Below, piece by piece: positions 19,833 through 30,571 of a stretch of DNA of 64,000 bases (positions are counted from its first letter, which is position 1; each line of letters begins with the position of its first letter). The stretch covers positions 62,001-126,000 of the forward strand of contig CBFFRQ010000049.1 in NCBI GenBank assembly GCA_965644315.1. The letters run 5' to 3'. A program made the position numbers and the translations under genes. The DNA is from Caecitellus pseudoparvulus. Its lineage: Eukaryota > Protista > Bigyra: Bicosoecida. The notes beneath the pieces are model-generated. The model made no database searches. It saw nothing but the letters and a program-made list of their open reading frames with translations, and was not told the DNA's origin.

Positions 19833-20142
19833 CAGGCGCCGGCCGCGTGCGACGAGCGCCCTGCGTCACCTCACTGCCAGGTGCCAGGGAGCACACCCTC
19901 GGCCAGAGAATCGGCCCTGGAGGGGGGCGCACCTTCAGCAGATGGGGGCGGGGGAGGGGGGCACCAAGTGTTTCGGGGGAGGGCGCGAATTGTGTGTGCG
20001 GTGAAGGTGGTGTGACTTGGCTCGCTCACCCACTCATGACTGGTGTACACACGAGCCGCGGCGGCACCGGACAAGGAAGGCCGCTTCGATGCATTCAGCG
20101 CCACTCCTAGGACGCTGCCACTGCATGCCCAGCCCTGGCATC

Positions 20143-21449
20143 CTAAGCGCTCGTCTCAGGCTTCACATCGCCAGCGTCAGCGGCAGCTGGTGCTGGCGCA
20201 GATCCAGGGGCAGGTGCAGGGGCCGATTCAGGAGCGGGGGCAGCCTTGCTGGAAGCTGCGCCTGCAGCAGCAGCCTCTGCATCCTTGCGGGCGCCAACAC
20301 CTGCCACGGCTTCGGCGTGCTTGGCCTTCCACGCAGCGTGAGCCTCCGCAGCCTTCTCTGCGAACTCCTCGGCATTGACGAGCCCAGGGTAGAACTGGGT
20401 CACGAAGGGGCAGCATGGGTTCAGGAAGTCAGGCTCGGCTTGGGGGATCATGGTGTCCCTGTGTGGCAGTAAGGCGCGAGAAAGTGGCACGAGGCGGAGC
20501 TGGCTGTGTGTCAAGGCAGCCGGCACGCACTTGGCAACCTGGCCGCAGATGGGGATGACGAAGCACAGGTGGCCAGGCGTGCACATCTTGGACTCCTTGA
20601 AGTTGCCCAGGGACCGGTCGAAGTACCGCACAGAGGTGTTGTCCTGCAGCAGCAGCCAGAGGGAGAGTGGCGTGACAAGGGTACCCGCCTGTACGACGGG
20701 TTGCCTAGCAGCACGGCGACTCACGATCGCGCAGAGACCGCACACAGACATGGGATAGTTCGCCTCGATACGGTTCTCTTGCACCTTCACGAAAGTGCGC
20801 TCCACTGTGACAAGATGAAAGAATCACCCAAGGTGAGCATGTGCACAGGCACTGGACTCCCGCGAGAGCAGACACGGCCGACAGGCCTCACGCACTGATG
20901 ACTTGGGGGCACACGGTCGCGCACATGCACTGCGAGGGAGAAAGAGGAGTCGGACATGAGCATTGCATGGGCATTTAGCGTCTCGACCTGTGCGCGCCAG
21001 CGAGAGGTGCGCGGTGCTTCGACGAAGAACGACTTCCGCACGCACAATCTGAGAGCGGGGCCATTCGGCTGCGAAGGAAGGGGGAAATGCAACTTGTGCT
21101 TTCCGTGCATGAAAACACAAGAAAGCTTTCTACACTGCTCTCTGAGCGCGATGGTGGCCCAACACGCAATGCAGGCGGTGAGGCACGAACGTGGGGTCGA
21201 CGAAAAGCTTGCCAGGGCGCCTCGTCCAGCACCAGCCACACCTGGCTCGATTTGGGCGCCGAAGCAGGCTTGCGCTTCGTAGCCAAGTGCGCGGCACGTA
21301 CGGGAAATCTCGGCAGAGTACAGTGTCTTTGTGACGCCATCAGTCTCAGTCTGGAAAGCCTCCTTTCCGATGCCCATGATGGTGCTGGCGTGCTCACCCA
21401 TCGCGCCGGCAGCGGCCGCGTTCGCCTTGGCGCCAGCAGATTCAGCCAT
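20143..21449 (-). CDS. Cys-rich hypothetical protein, six exons including 23- and 34-nt microexons
   Basis: Phase-consistent model: exons 21449-21302, 21068-21046, 20929-20896, then three more. Gives ..SAEISPEWPRSQICMCATVCPQVIMERTFVKVQENRIEANYP..DNTSVRYFDR..FYPGLVNAEEFA. Strong GC3 codon bias. Confidence 0.7.
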
Positions 21450-22150
21450 GTTCAGGAGCGGTTTTCGAACAGAAAGGCGTCTCTCGGTCAATGCCTGGTA
21501 TTTCAAAGCAAGGTGTGCGTGTAGAGTGTTGGAATAGTGCGCTGTGGTGCAGGGTGTGGCCACGCACAAACACCGCTCCACAAGCTGCCACAAAATCTGG
21601 TGCCAGGCGAGGCCTGGCCGACCGCCCAGTGCGCGGCCTGGAATGATGAGGGGGGGCAGCACAGATAGTTTGCTAGTGCTTCAAGGTCACGGCACCCCAA
21701 TACAGCCAAATCAATCATTGAGACCACTCGAAGCGCTCAACGCTGGCTCTCCACACAGCTCACCGAAGTCGCCTAGCGAGCTTCTAGGCAAGCTGGGGGT
21801 GGGTTGCGTGGTTGCTTCACGAACCAAGCACTGCTAGTGTACACGTTGCTCGATATGCGGCGCCCCCATCCGTGCCAGAGCCTTCTGGACAAGAGGGGAG
21901 GCCAGTCCTGCTGTGCAGCAGCGGGCCAGCCTGAGCGAAGCCCCCCTCCACGTCAGCGCGCGCCATGCTGGCGAGGCACTCGTGCAGCTCTCCACTTCTG
22001 GCAAAACAATTGTAATGCTAATTCTCTCCCTCTCACACTGCACGCTTCGGCCCCCTGACGCCCCACCCCGCAATTCCTTCTGCGCCAGTCGCACAGCGAC
22101 GTGCTGGTAGCCACCACGCCACCTGGAAAAGCACTGCTCCCCCAGTGACC

Positions 22151-23731
22151 ATGGCAGCTGCAGACGACATGTACCCTCTCTTTGAGAGTTTCTGCTCCTT
22201 CGGTGACCGAGCTGGAGGTGCGTGAGGGTGTGCTGCGTGCTGGGATGCAGGCGCCAATGTGCTGCCGGCGCGCGCGGCACGTTGCGGCACCGACCGCACG
22301 GCACGTGGCGGCTGCCTCACGCTCGCTGCCCACATGGAGGCGTGTCTGTCAATTCCGTACCCTTTGCTTCCTGTGCAGCTCAAGGCGCCATGATGGATGG
22401 GGTGAGTGGGCTGTGCGCGGCGCTCGTGGCGAGCTGGTCGGGCGGCGTTTCTGGCGCCTTGCAGACTGGTTGGCCAGCCCGCCACACGCATTCCTCTGCC
22501 CTGCACTGCGCAGGCCAAGTTCGCAAAGTGCATGCGCGACTGCAAGGCGCTTGACCGCCGAGTGACCCCCACTGAAGTGGACATCACCTTCGCCCGCGTG
22601 CGTTCAGGCCCAGCGATGAGGCTTGCATGACAGCGTGTCACCATGTGCCGCTGCTTGTCGCAGGTCAAGAGCAAGGGAGCTCGCAAGATCAACTTCAACC
22701 AGTTCCTGGACGCCCTGGACCAGCTGGCCGAAGTGAAGTACCCCACCAAGACCCCAGAGGAAGCCACCGCAAGCCTCTATGCTGGTATGCAGAAGAACGG
22801 CTCGCCCAAGGTGCGCGCGACTGGCACCAGCACCAAGGGCAACATCTACGACCGCCTGACGGACACGTCCCTGTACACTGGCGCGCACAAGCACCGCTTC
22901 GACGAGGATGGGCATGGCCGAGGCAAGGCTGGCCGTGACACCATTTCCAAGGGCGGCGTGCCGGGCGGCGACCTGTCCCAGATGACTCGCCCAAACCTGT
23001 CCACTGGCGGCAGCACGGCCTCTCCTCGCGGGCCCCGCACCACTGGCACGACGCCCAAGCGTGCTGGCGGGCGCTCCCCTGTTGCCGCTGGGCGGTCACC
23101 CGTCGCCGCTGCAGGGCGGTCACCCGTTGCTCGAAGCAGTCCCCGCGTCGCACGGGAGACGACCCCCACTGCTGCAGCGGCAGCAGCCGCCCCTGCTGGA
23201 GATGGCGGCGGTGACGAGTTGCACGAGATCTTCCTGGACTACTGTGCCTTTGGCGGCACGGGCAGCACGACCTCCATGGACAACGTGAAGTTCAGCAAGC
23301 TGTGCCGTGAGTGCAAGATCACCGGCAAGACGCTGCCCCCCGCCAGCGTGGACATCACGTTCAGCAAGGTGAAGCAGAAGGGCCAGCGCACGATCAACTT
23401 TGAGGAGTTCCAGCAGGCCATTGCCATGCTGGCTGCCGAGAAGTACCCCCGCTCCGACCCGAACGCCGCCTTTGACAAGGTTGTCGGCTTGATCCTGAAG
23501 AAGGGTGGCCCCTCTGCTGTCGGCACCGGCACCAGCACCAAGGGCAACATCTACGACCGCCTGACGGACACGTCCCTGTACACTGGCGCGCACAAGCACC
23601 GCTTCGACTCCGACGGCCGAGGCCGCGGGGCAGCTGGGCGAGATGTCGTGTCCAAGGGGGGCATCGGCGGCAAGTACCGGGGCGGAGCGGTGCAGGACCT
23701 CTCGCAAATTACGCGCCCAGGTCTGCGATGA
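22151..23731 (+). CDS. TPPP: TPPP/p25-alpha family protein with two complete p25-alpha domains; spliced
   Basis: Exons 22151-22217, 22379-22401, 22514-~22597, 22664-23731. Each half has F..FC.FG, MD..KF.K..R.CK, VDITF, INF..F, and DRLTDTSLYTGAHKHRFD..G.GRG.AGR. Confidence 0.92.
22823..23608 (+). repeat. Perfect 81-bp direct repeat (22823-22903 and 23528-23608)
   Basis: Base-by-base identical; encodes GTSTKGNIYDRLTDTSLYTGAHKHRFD. Confidence 0.95.
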
Positions 23732-24213
23732 GATTGCAATGCAGTGCGTGGCTCGCCGACTGCCCTAGCCGCGCTTCCCACACACGCACCTGCTCGGGAT
23801 GGCGAGCCTGCCGTGGCTTGCCGCAGCTGCCTCGCCGTCCCTCCATCCCGCCGCTACTGCCACGAGCCACCCCACAGAAGAGGTGCCAGCCTCTGACTCT
23901 CCACCCCAGCAGTCACTGTGGCGAGCCCTGCGAGACTTCCGAACCACACGGGTCGCAGCTGGTGCGTGGTTCGGAGTGTGGGCGTGTCGCAGCGACGTGG
24001 CTTGTCCACGGCAGTCCTTCCCGCCCACTTCCCTGCTCAGATGAAGCAGCATCATGTGACCACCGCCAGGCGTACGAAATCCATGAAGAGTTCCAGCTGA
24101 CGCCAAGCTTGGTGCAGCACATCCAAACCCAGCCCCAATGGGCTTCGCTGGCGAAACGCAGGGCACGCAGCAGCAACTACTCCGTCAAGGCCCTGCCACA
24201 ATTTGCGAAGGAC

Positions 24214-27200
24214 ATGGCGGGCAGCACCTCTGCCCAAGCCCTGGGGGTGTTGCTTGAAGAGGGTCGGGCGTGCCACGTGGTGCCAGCCACAGCCAGCGGC
24301 GCCTTCGCACGCGGCGTCGAAGCTGGCGCCGGACTGCCCGCGCCCAGTCTCAGCCGGCCACCCAGCCCCATCGTGCCCCCCTCCACAGCGGCAGTGCAGG
24401 TGGACGTCCATGTGACACCCGAGCAGGCTCTGGCGAAGGCTTCCCTCTTTCGTGTCGCCGGCCGCTCCGTGGGCTCCATCCTGCCGCGCGACGTAAACCT
24501 GGCAGCCATTCCCCGCACACGGCCACCACAAGGGCAGCTGGAGCTGGTGAAAAGGTATGTGCGCAGTCGCCGCAAGGCTGCAAGTGACCCTGACGCCATG
24601 GCAGCAGATGCGCTCCCCGCGGCACTGAGCCCGCTCCGGCGAAAGGTTCGCTCCACTGCCGCTGCTCTCCTGGCGCTGGCTGGCGCCCAGGCACGGGCGC
24701 GGACGGTGCAGGGGGGAGGCGCAGACACCCCAGACACAGACGCCCCGGGGCGGTCCTCCACTGCCCTTTCCGGCGACCGCGCCTCGATGCAGACCCTGCA
24801 CTCAGGGGCTGTCGTCCTGCGCTGCCTGTACGATTGGTGGAGCCTGCATGTTCCGCCTCGCACGCTGGCCTTGGCGGGGGTTTCAGGGTCCCCCCACGCA
24901 CAGGCTGAGCAGAAGGACTCTGACGCCGGCAGCGAGCTAAGTGCAGATACCCGCAGGTCTGAAGATGCCACTCGCGCTAGCCTGGGCTGGGGGCCAGCAC
25001 ACAGCGTCCACCGCCTCCAGGCACAGAGTGCCCTGCTGAGCGCCAAGGTGGCTAGCACTGCCCATGCAACCATGTCACGCTCTTGGCCAGCAGGAGCGAA
25101 CGCGGGGCATGAAAACTTGCTGGCATGCGTGGGGCGGGCAGCTCAGAGGGGCGGCGGCTCCCGGGGATATGGACGCCTTCGCATGGTGCCCCTCGGATGG
25201 GCGGCAGCCGCCTCTGCGGCCCGCACTGGGCGCAAAGACCAGGCCCATGCGACGCTCAGCGCCTCCCAGCTGGCCTTGGCCCGCACCATCCTCCCTCGGC
25301 ATGCCCTGACAGCCGGTGGTGCCGCGCAGGACCTTCTTGACGCCACCTCAAGCTCCGCGGCCATGCACCAACTGCTGGGGGACGCCCCAGCAGCGGGAGA
25401 GCTACGCTCCCGCATCCAAGTGCTGCACGCCCACGCCCTCACCATGTGGCAGCTGCGCAGTGAGCTGTCGCGGCGCTCGAGGCGGGGCGGGGTCGCCACG
25501 GGCTTGGGTTGGGGTGCTGTGTCTGCCTTCGGCGTTCGGGCCAGCACCGAGAAAGTGGCTGTCAGCGGGGCATTCACAACGGTCACTTGGGGTGCAACAG
25601 ATATCACGGTGCAGGCGGTCTTGTCCACGACTGCCTCCAGGGACTGCCTGCTTGGCTTGGAACGGGCCCTGCTCCAGGAAGTGGAGGGGGCTTCGGCGGA
25701 CGGTATGCTGAGCGAGATGCTGCAAGACTCACTCCTGCGCACGAGCTCCCGTCGAGATGCGGGGGGGGGCTCTCCGGAAGATGTCCTCACGACGCACATT
25801 TCACTCATGGATGCAGAAGTGTGCCGCCTGCCGTTCTTGCCCCTGCATCGCCGAGCCCTCGCCGCAGCGTGGCTCCAAGAGGCACTGGAGGCCAACACCC
25901 TCCTGGCAGCTCGACGGCTGCACAGGCGAGCCCTGACTTCCTTGCACAAAGCAACTCTCCCCCTGCATCAAATGCCCACCCGACTGCTCTCTCAATTGCG
26001 CTCATTGCTGTCGGCCTGCCTGAGCCGGGCTGCGGTCGTGTCAGCCCTGGGCTCCATCGTGCCAGCTGCAGCGAGTCACCCACACCCCAACGCATGCCTT
26101 CGGGCAGAGCAAGATGCCATGGAACATGGCCAGACCACTAGTGCCCTGGGGGCGCAGGCGTCACCCTCCCCTGATGTCACCGCTGCCCTGTGCACAGCCC
26201 ACTTCCTCCCTGGGCACCTGTGGATGGCTTGGACGCAACCCACGAAAGCGGCGGCAGACACTCCCAGCCAGCGACTCAAACCCAGTCGAAGCCGTGTTGG
26301 CGCGCCCACGCCACGGCTGAAACCTGGGTCCGCACAGCGGAGCTCCTCTCCCCGGCCTTGGGCGACGGTCATTGCCTCCCCATCTCGCGTGCATCGTGCC
26401 AAAGCGCTGCAGTCCCCGGGAACACCTGCTGTCCCTGCCACACTCTCCAAGCGGGTCGCAGCAGCGCAGGCACGGCTGATTGCATGGGGCAAGGCGCAGG
26501 CTGCCTGCTCACCTGAGCCCGAGCGCCCAGCAGGGCCGCCCAGTCCCCGAGTCGAGGAACCAGCCCAGCGCCCCTGCACGCCACCCCTTGATGAGACCCC
26601 CTCTTCCCCTAGGTTGCATGTGCCCACTGCACCGTCACCCAGGGCCCTGCGAAACATTGCCCGCAGCATCGTCCCGCCCATGCCAGCAGGCGCGGCACAG
26701 CCCGTGGGCAGGAGCATGCCAGGTGTGCTGTCACACGAAACGGCCCCACCAGCCTCCCCTGCCCTTCCTCGCCTCAGGGCCACACTGGCGCTGAGTGCTG
26801 CACTGTCTCGCTTCGCCCTGCCTGCTGCTGATGCTGCCTCCATCATGGCTCAGCACCGGGAGATGCTGCAGGCGTCTCCCTCCACACACATCAGCAAGCA
26901 GTGGCGTGCTGCGGCTGCGCTGGCTGACGTTCTCATTCTCCTGCATGCTCTGCGCACAGTCGTCATGGCCCCGCTGCCACGGCACCTCGCAACGGTGCGC
27001 GACGCCTTGCTCGCCCGGCAGGTCGAGCAACAGCAGGGCGAGTCAGATGCGCCACGCACAGTGACATCTGTCAGAGGGGCAGGGTCTCTGGAGACTCTCC
27101 TCGCTGCCCCCCACCTGCGGGAGGAGGCGCTACGGGCGCACCCGGCAGCCCGGGCTTGCGAGGTGGTGCTGCAAGCGGACTCCTTCCGCAGGTGGGCGCA

Positions 27201-27783
27201 AGGCAAGGTGCCCAAGCCAGGACAGCCTTCCAAGCACCTGTCCATCCTGTCCCCCGCCCCAGTCGTGCTTGGCGTGCTGGATGCGGCAACGGTGGCGCAG
27301 TCCGGCCTTCCCCCCGCAGCGCTTCGAGCAGCCGCAGCGCTGGCGCACGGCGCCCTTCCTTCACCACGGCAAGTCGGCTCGGAAGCGACAAACGGTGCCG
27401 CCGATGATGTGGAGGAAGCGCTGCTTGCTGCTTTGGGGGTGGGGTGGGAGGGCATCGCGCCGACGCCAGATGCGCCGCCCTCACTGCCCCCAGAGCTGAG
27501 GCTGGCGGCAGAGTCACTCACGGCCACGCGCCGGGCAGTGAGGGCAGTGGGACTGACGGCAACCTGTGAAGAAATCTCCCGAGCATCCCGCCTGTGGCTG
27601 CATCGCCTTGTAGGTGCCCTGCTGGAGGAGCTGGGCTCTGCCTGGCAGACCTTGCCTGGTGCGCCGCCCTTTTATCGTGCCGCCCTGCAGCCCGAGGGCA
27701 GCGGTCCCGTGGAGCTTGCGTCCGCCGAAAGCTGGTTCACGGCGGAAGCACAGGAAAGCCCTCTGCATTCAACTGGGCCCTGA
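24214..27783 (+). CDS. Large Ala/Leu/Pro-rich hypothetical protein
   Basis: Open frame from 23728 with first ATG at 24214; about 1190 aa. No recognisable domain. Confidence 0.6.
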   Translation: MAGSTSAQALGVLLEEGRACHVVPATASGAFARGVEAGAGLPAPSLSRPPSPIVPPSTAAVQVDVHVTPEQALAKASLFRVAGRSVGSILPRDVNLAAIPRTRPPQGQLELVKRYVRSRRKAASDPDAMAADALPAALSPLRRKVRSTAAALLALAGAQARARTVQGGGADTPDTDAPGRSSTALSGDRASMQTLHSGAVVLRCLYDWWSLHVPPRTLALAGVSGSPHAQAEQKDSDAGSELSADTRRSEDATRASLGWGPAHSVHRLQAQSALLSAKVASTAHATMSRSWPAGANAGHENLLACVGRAAQRGGGSRGYGRLRMVPLGWAAAASAARTGRKDQAHATLSASQLALARTILPRHALTAGGAAQDLLDATSSSAAMHQLLGDAPAAGELRSRIQVLHAHALTMWQLRSELSRRSRRGGVATGLGWGAVSAFGVRASTEKVAVSGAFTTVTWGATDITVQAVLSTTASRDCLLGLERALLQEVEGASADGMLSEMLQDSLLRTSSRRDAGGGSPEDVLTTHISLMDAEVCRLPFLPLHRRALAAAWLQEALEANTLLAARRLHRRALTSLHKATLPLHQMPTRLLSQLRSLLSACLSRAAVVSALGSIVPAAASHPHPNACLRAEQDAMEHGQTTSALGAQASPSPDVTAALCTAHFLPGHLWMAWTQPTKAAADTPSQRLKPSRSRVGAPTPRLKPGSAQRSSSPRPWATVIASPSRVHRAKALQSPGTPAVPATLSKRVAAAQARLIAWGKAQAACSPEPERPAGPPSPRVEEPAQRPCTPPLDETPSSPRLHVPTAPSPRALRNIARSIVPPMPAGAAQPVGRSMPGVLSHETAPPASPALPRLRATLALSAALSRFALPAADAASIMAQHREMLQASPSTHISKQWRAAAALADVLILLHALRTVVMAPLPRHLATVRDALLARQVEQQQGESDAPRTVTSVRGAGSLETLLAAPHLREEALRAHPAARACEVVLQADSFRRWAQGKVPKPGQPSKHLSILSPAPVVLGVLDAATVAQSGLPPAALRAAAALAHGALPSPRQVGSEATNGAADDVEEALLAALGVGWEGIAPTPDAPPSLPPELRLAAESLTATRRAVRAVGLTATCEEISRASRLWLHRLVGALLEELGSAWQTLPGAPPFYRAALQPEGSGPVELASAESWFTAEAQESPLHSTGP

Positions 27784-28993
27784 GCCTTTCAAGCTCGCTT
27801 GCTTTGCCGCGGGGGTCAGCACTGCCCCGATGGGCAAGTGGTCGCTCGGGCACTGGCGGGTGGGCAAGCCGCCAGGCCCAATGTCTTCCGCGCTCAGCAG
27901 GCGCAGCGTCGCTGCTGTCTGCAAGGAGGCAGCATCTGCTGAAGCTGCGTGCATAATGTAATCAATGGTCTTCCGCTTCTCCTTGCCAGCCTCCCCTGCC
28001 GGCCCTCGGAACTTGAAGGTGGTGAACGCAGGCTCCGATGCGGCGCTACTCTGCACGCTGGCGCGCAGGCCAGCACCTTGGGCTTCCGCATAGGCACTTG
28101 TGAAGCCGAGGCCGTGTGATAGCACTGTAGCATACATGTTGTGTGCCTCCTCTTGCGGGAACGCGACCTCTGCGGGGTCTCCGTTCAGGTCTCCCATCAG
28201 CACAAGCCGGACAGTGGGCGGCACGGAGCCAGACGCCGCAGCAGCCGCTTCGAATCCTGCCACGACGCCCTGTGCAAGGGTCAGCAGCTGCTGCACTTGG
28301 AACACGCGCCTGGCTGCGAAGGCTGGCTTGGCCTTCAGGTGTGTCCCCAGCACAACAAGCAGCGGAGCTCGCGGGGGGAGGGAGAGGTCTTGAAGGACAG
28401 TTACAGTGCCCCACTGGTTGGTGGCAGGGCCGCCTTTTTCGCACGGGAAGTTGTGCAGCAGGTTGTGCAGCACCTTGAAGCGAGAGCTGCGGACGGCCAA
28501 GGCTAGGCCATTTGACCCGTACTCAGGCACAGCACTCTCTGCTTTGGGGGCAAAGACGCTCCAGAAGCCATTCTGGGCAAAGAACGGCTTCAGCGAATCC
28601 TCGTAGTGGCAGGCCTCAGGAAGAGTCACAATGTCCGCGTCAATGGCAGCCAGAGTAGACACTGCGCCGGGAAAGTACACGCGCGTGCCGTGCTCACGAC
28701 ACACACCGCGAGCTCCCTGAGCCAGCACGCACGAATGGCAGGTGCGCGCGCCTCCCAGGTGAGAAGACCGGGAGAAACTTGGCAGAATTCACCATGCTGT
28801 GCCAGTCCATCTGCCAGGATGTTCCTGGGGGGCAGCGAGGCGTGGAGATGGAGGAGTGCAAGCCGAGCACAAATTCCGCCACCACGCCAGTTTCTCACCA
28901 GGAGCACACAGAGAAGGCCCCGTCTCCAGGAGCAACAGATGTCGCGTCCCAGGCTACAGGGTATACATCACTTTCCGCTGATACCGCTGCCAT
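27769..28993 (-). CDS. NOCT: Nocturnin/CCR4-like EEP phosphatase; spliced
   Basis: Spliced FSVCSWNILADGL..LTWEAR..DIVTLPE; motifs GTHLKAK, LMGDLN, EPAFTTFKFR, TIDYI and PSDH. Two 5' introns (28898-28825 and about 28732-28662). Confidence 0.85.
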
Positions 28994-29200
28994 GCTGCAC
29001 AGTACGGCACATGCATTCGCTGAGGACACAAACTGATTCAGACTCTGCTTCCTCTTCGCAGCGTCCGTGCGCTGAGGACACGCTGGCTGCTGGACAACAC
29101 TGCAAATCCGTCGAGGGGGTGGAGTATGCGAAACAAATATGGTCGCCCCTTCGAGGGGATGTCTGGTCCCCCAAGACTGGCAGGCTCCAAGGGGGGGGTG

Positions 29201-30114
29201 CTACTTGTGGGTGGCTGAGCCACCCCCGCTCGCAGCGGCGGCGGCGGCGGCAGGCCTGTCTGCGGCAAGGTGCTCCCGCACCACTTTGGCCCGCTTAGGA
29301 AGGTGCTTGAAGGTTCCATCTGGGTTGCGTATGATGCCCAGGCGGTGGCAGACGTTGTCCCGGTCGGCATCCTCCTCCAGCACATCAAGCACCAGGTTAA
29401 AGCTGTGCTTGTTGATGAGCGCATCGTACAACAACACGGCCGCCTCCAGCTGGTCGAAGGGGGACAGCTCCCCCACACGAGCAACGAGAGTACTGGCCTG
29501 CTTCGCGTCAAAAGCTTTCGTCAGGGACACAGACCGCACGTCCTCCAGCAAGCGGTCAGGGTCATCTGCAAGGGCCTGCAACAGGCTCGCAAACTCCGCT
29601 TCGCTCACCCCCACAGCCTTCATATCGTCCATCAGGTGCAGCACCGTTCCCATGATATCTTCTTCCATAGCATCTCCCTGAACAACTCGCACCGAGTTGG
29701 TGGGCAACCAGACGCATGAGGCAGCAGCGCCACGTCGCACACTCACCTCTCTAGTCCCCAGCACCACTGTGATCAGCGTGCCCATTGCCTCCTTGTGCAC
29801 TCTGAACTGGAACGAATCTGTATTGTGGCCCCAGCTCAGGATCTCGTGGTACGCAAAAGCCCGATACAGCACCTGCAGCAAGCAGAAACGCCGGTGGCTC
29901 GGGGAGCGGAAATTGGCATCGCGTCCCCACTCACACCCTCAGGAGTGTGGAACGTCACAGCCTCAGGACCAAACTGCATGGTCAGGCAAGGGATATGATC
30001 TTCCCCATCGCACAGGTTTTCCAGTGGGCGGACTTTGTACGTCCTGCACTCCCTCTCCGTCCCCCCATCCTTGCTTTCCCCAGCTGCAGAAGCTTTGCTG
30101 GAGCCGGCACCCAT
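29201..30114 (-). CDS. Putative N-myristoylated protein: PH/PTB-like N-terminal domain plus DUF4476-like helical domain; spliced
   Basis: N-terminus MGAGSSK; YHEILSWGHNTDSFQFRV; FDAKQA..FDQLEAAVLLYDALINKHSFNLVL. Two introns. Confidence 0.65.
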
Positions 30115-30571
30115 CCTGCTCCCACGCCGCCTCAAACCCCTCAAGCCCTCGCACCCACTTCCCGTGAGAGGGAAGCCGCGTGCGTCAGGTGCTCCTTTAA
30201 TCAGTGGTGATTTGCGAAGTGTGCTTTTTATGGCAATGTATGCTCAGCTTGCCGTAAGAATCGCAAGGAAACTGCGGCAGTTGGGCTTCGGAGTAAGCAG
30301 CACAAACAGCGCGCTGTGTGAGACTTTGTAAGTGAGCTTTTGGCCGATGCTGGCCCATTGACAACAATCGTCGTCACCGCCAAATCGAAAAGAAATCAGT
30401 GCCCCCAACTTGCTAGCCTCACATGCCCAGTGCCACCCTTTGCTGGCCTTGACTCGCAGTGGCAACAGCAGCCAGGTACCAGAGCCAGATCTCCAGTTTG
30501 CCTCCTCTCTCCCGGTTGGTTTGGAGGGCTGATCAAGGGACGATACAAGGGACCACGGCGTGAAAGAAGCG

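Noticed and set aside
23728-24213. Upstream extension of the 1351-aa ORF overlapping the TPPP stop codon
   Set aside because: Depends on a start overlapping the TPPP stop with UTR-like composition; more likely non-coding sequence without stop codons.
30180-30540. AT-richer intergenic stretch as an ncRNA
   Set aside because: No tRNA cloverleaf or snoRNA boxes recognised; it fits a divergent promoter region.
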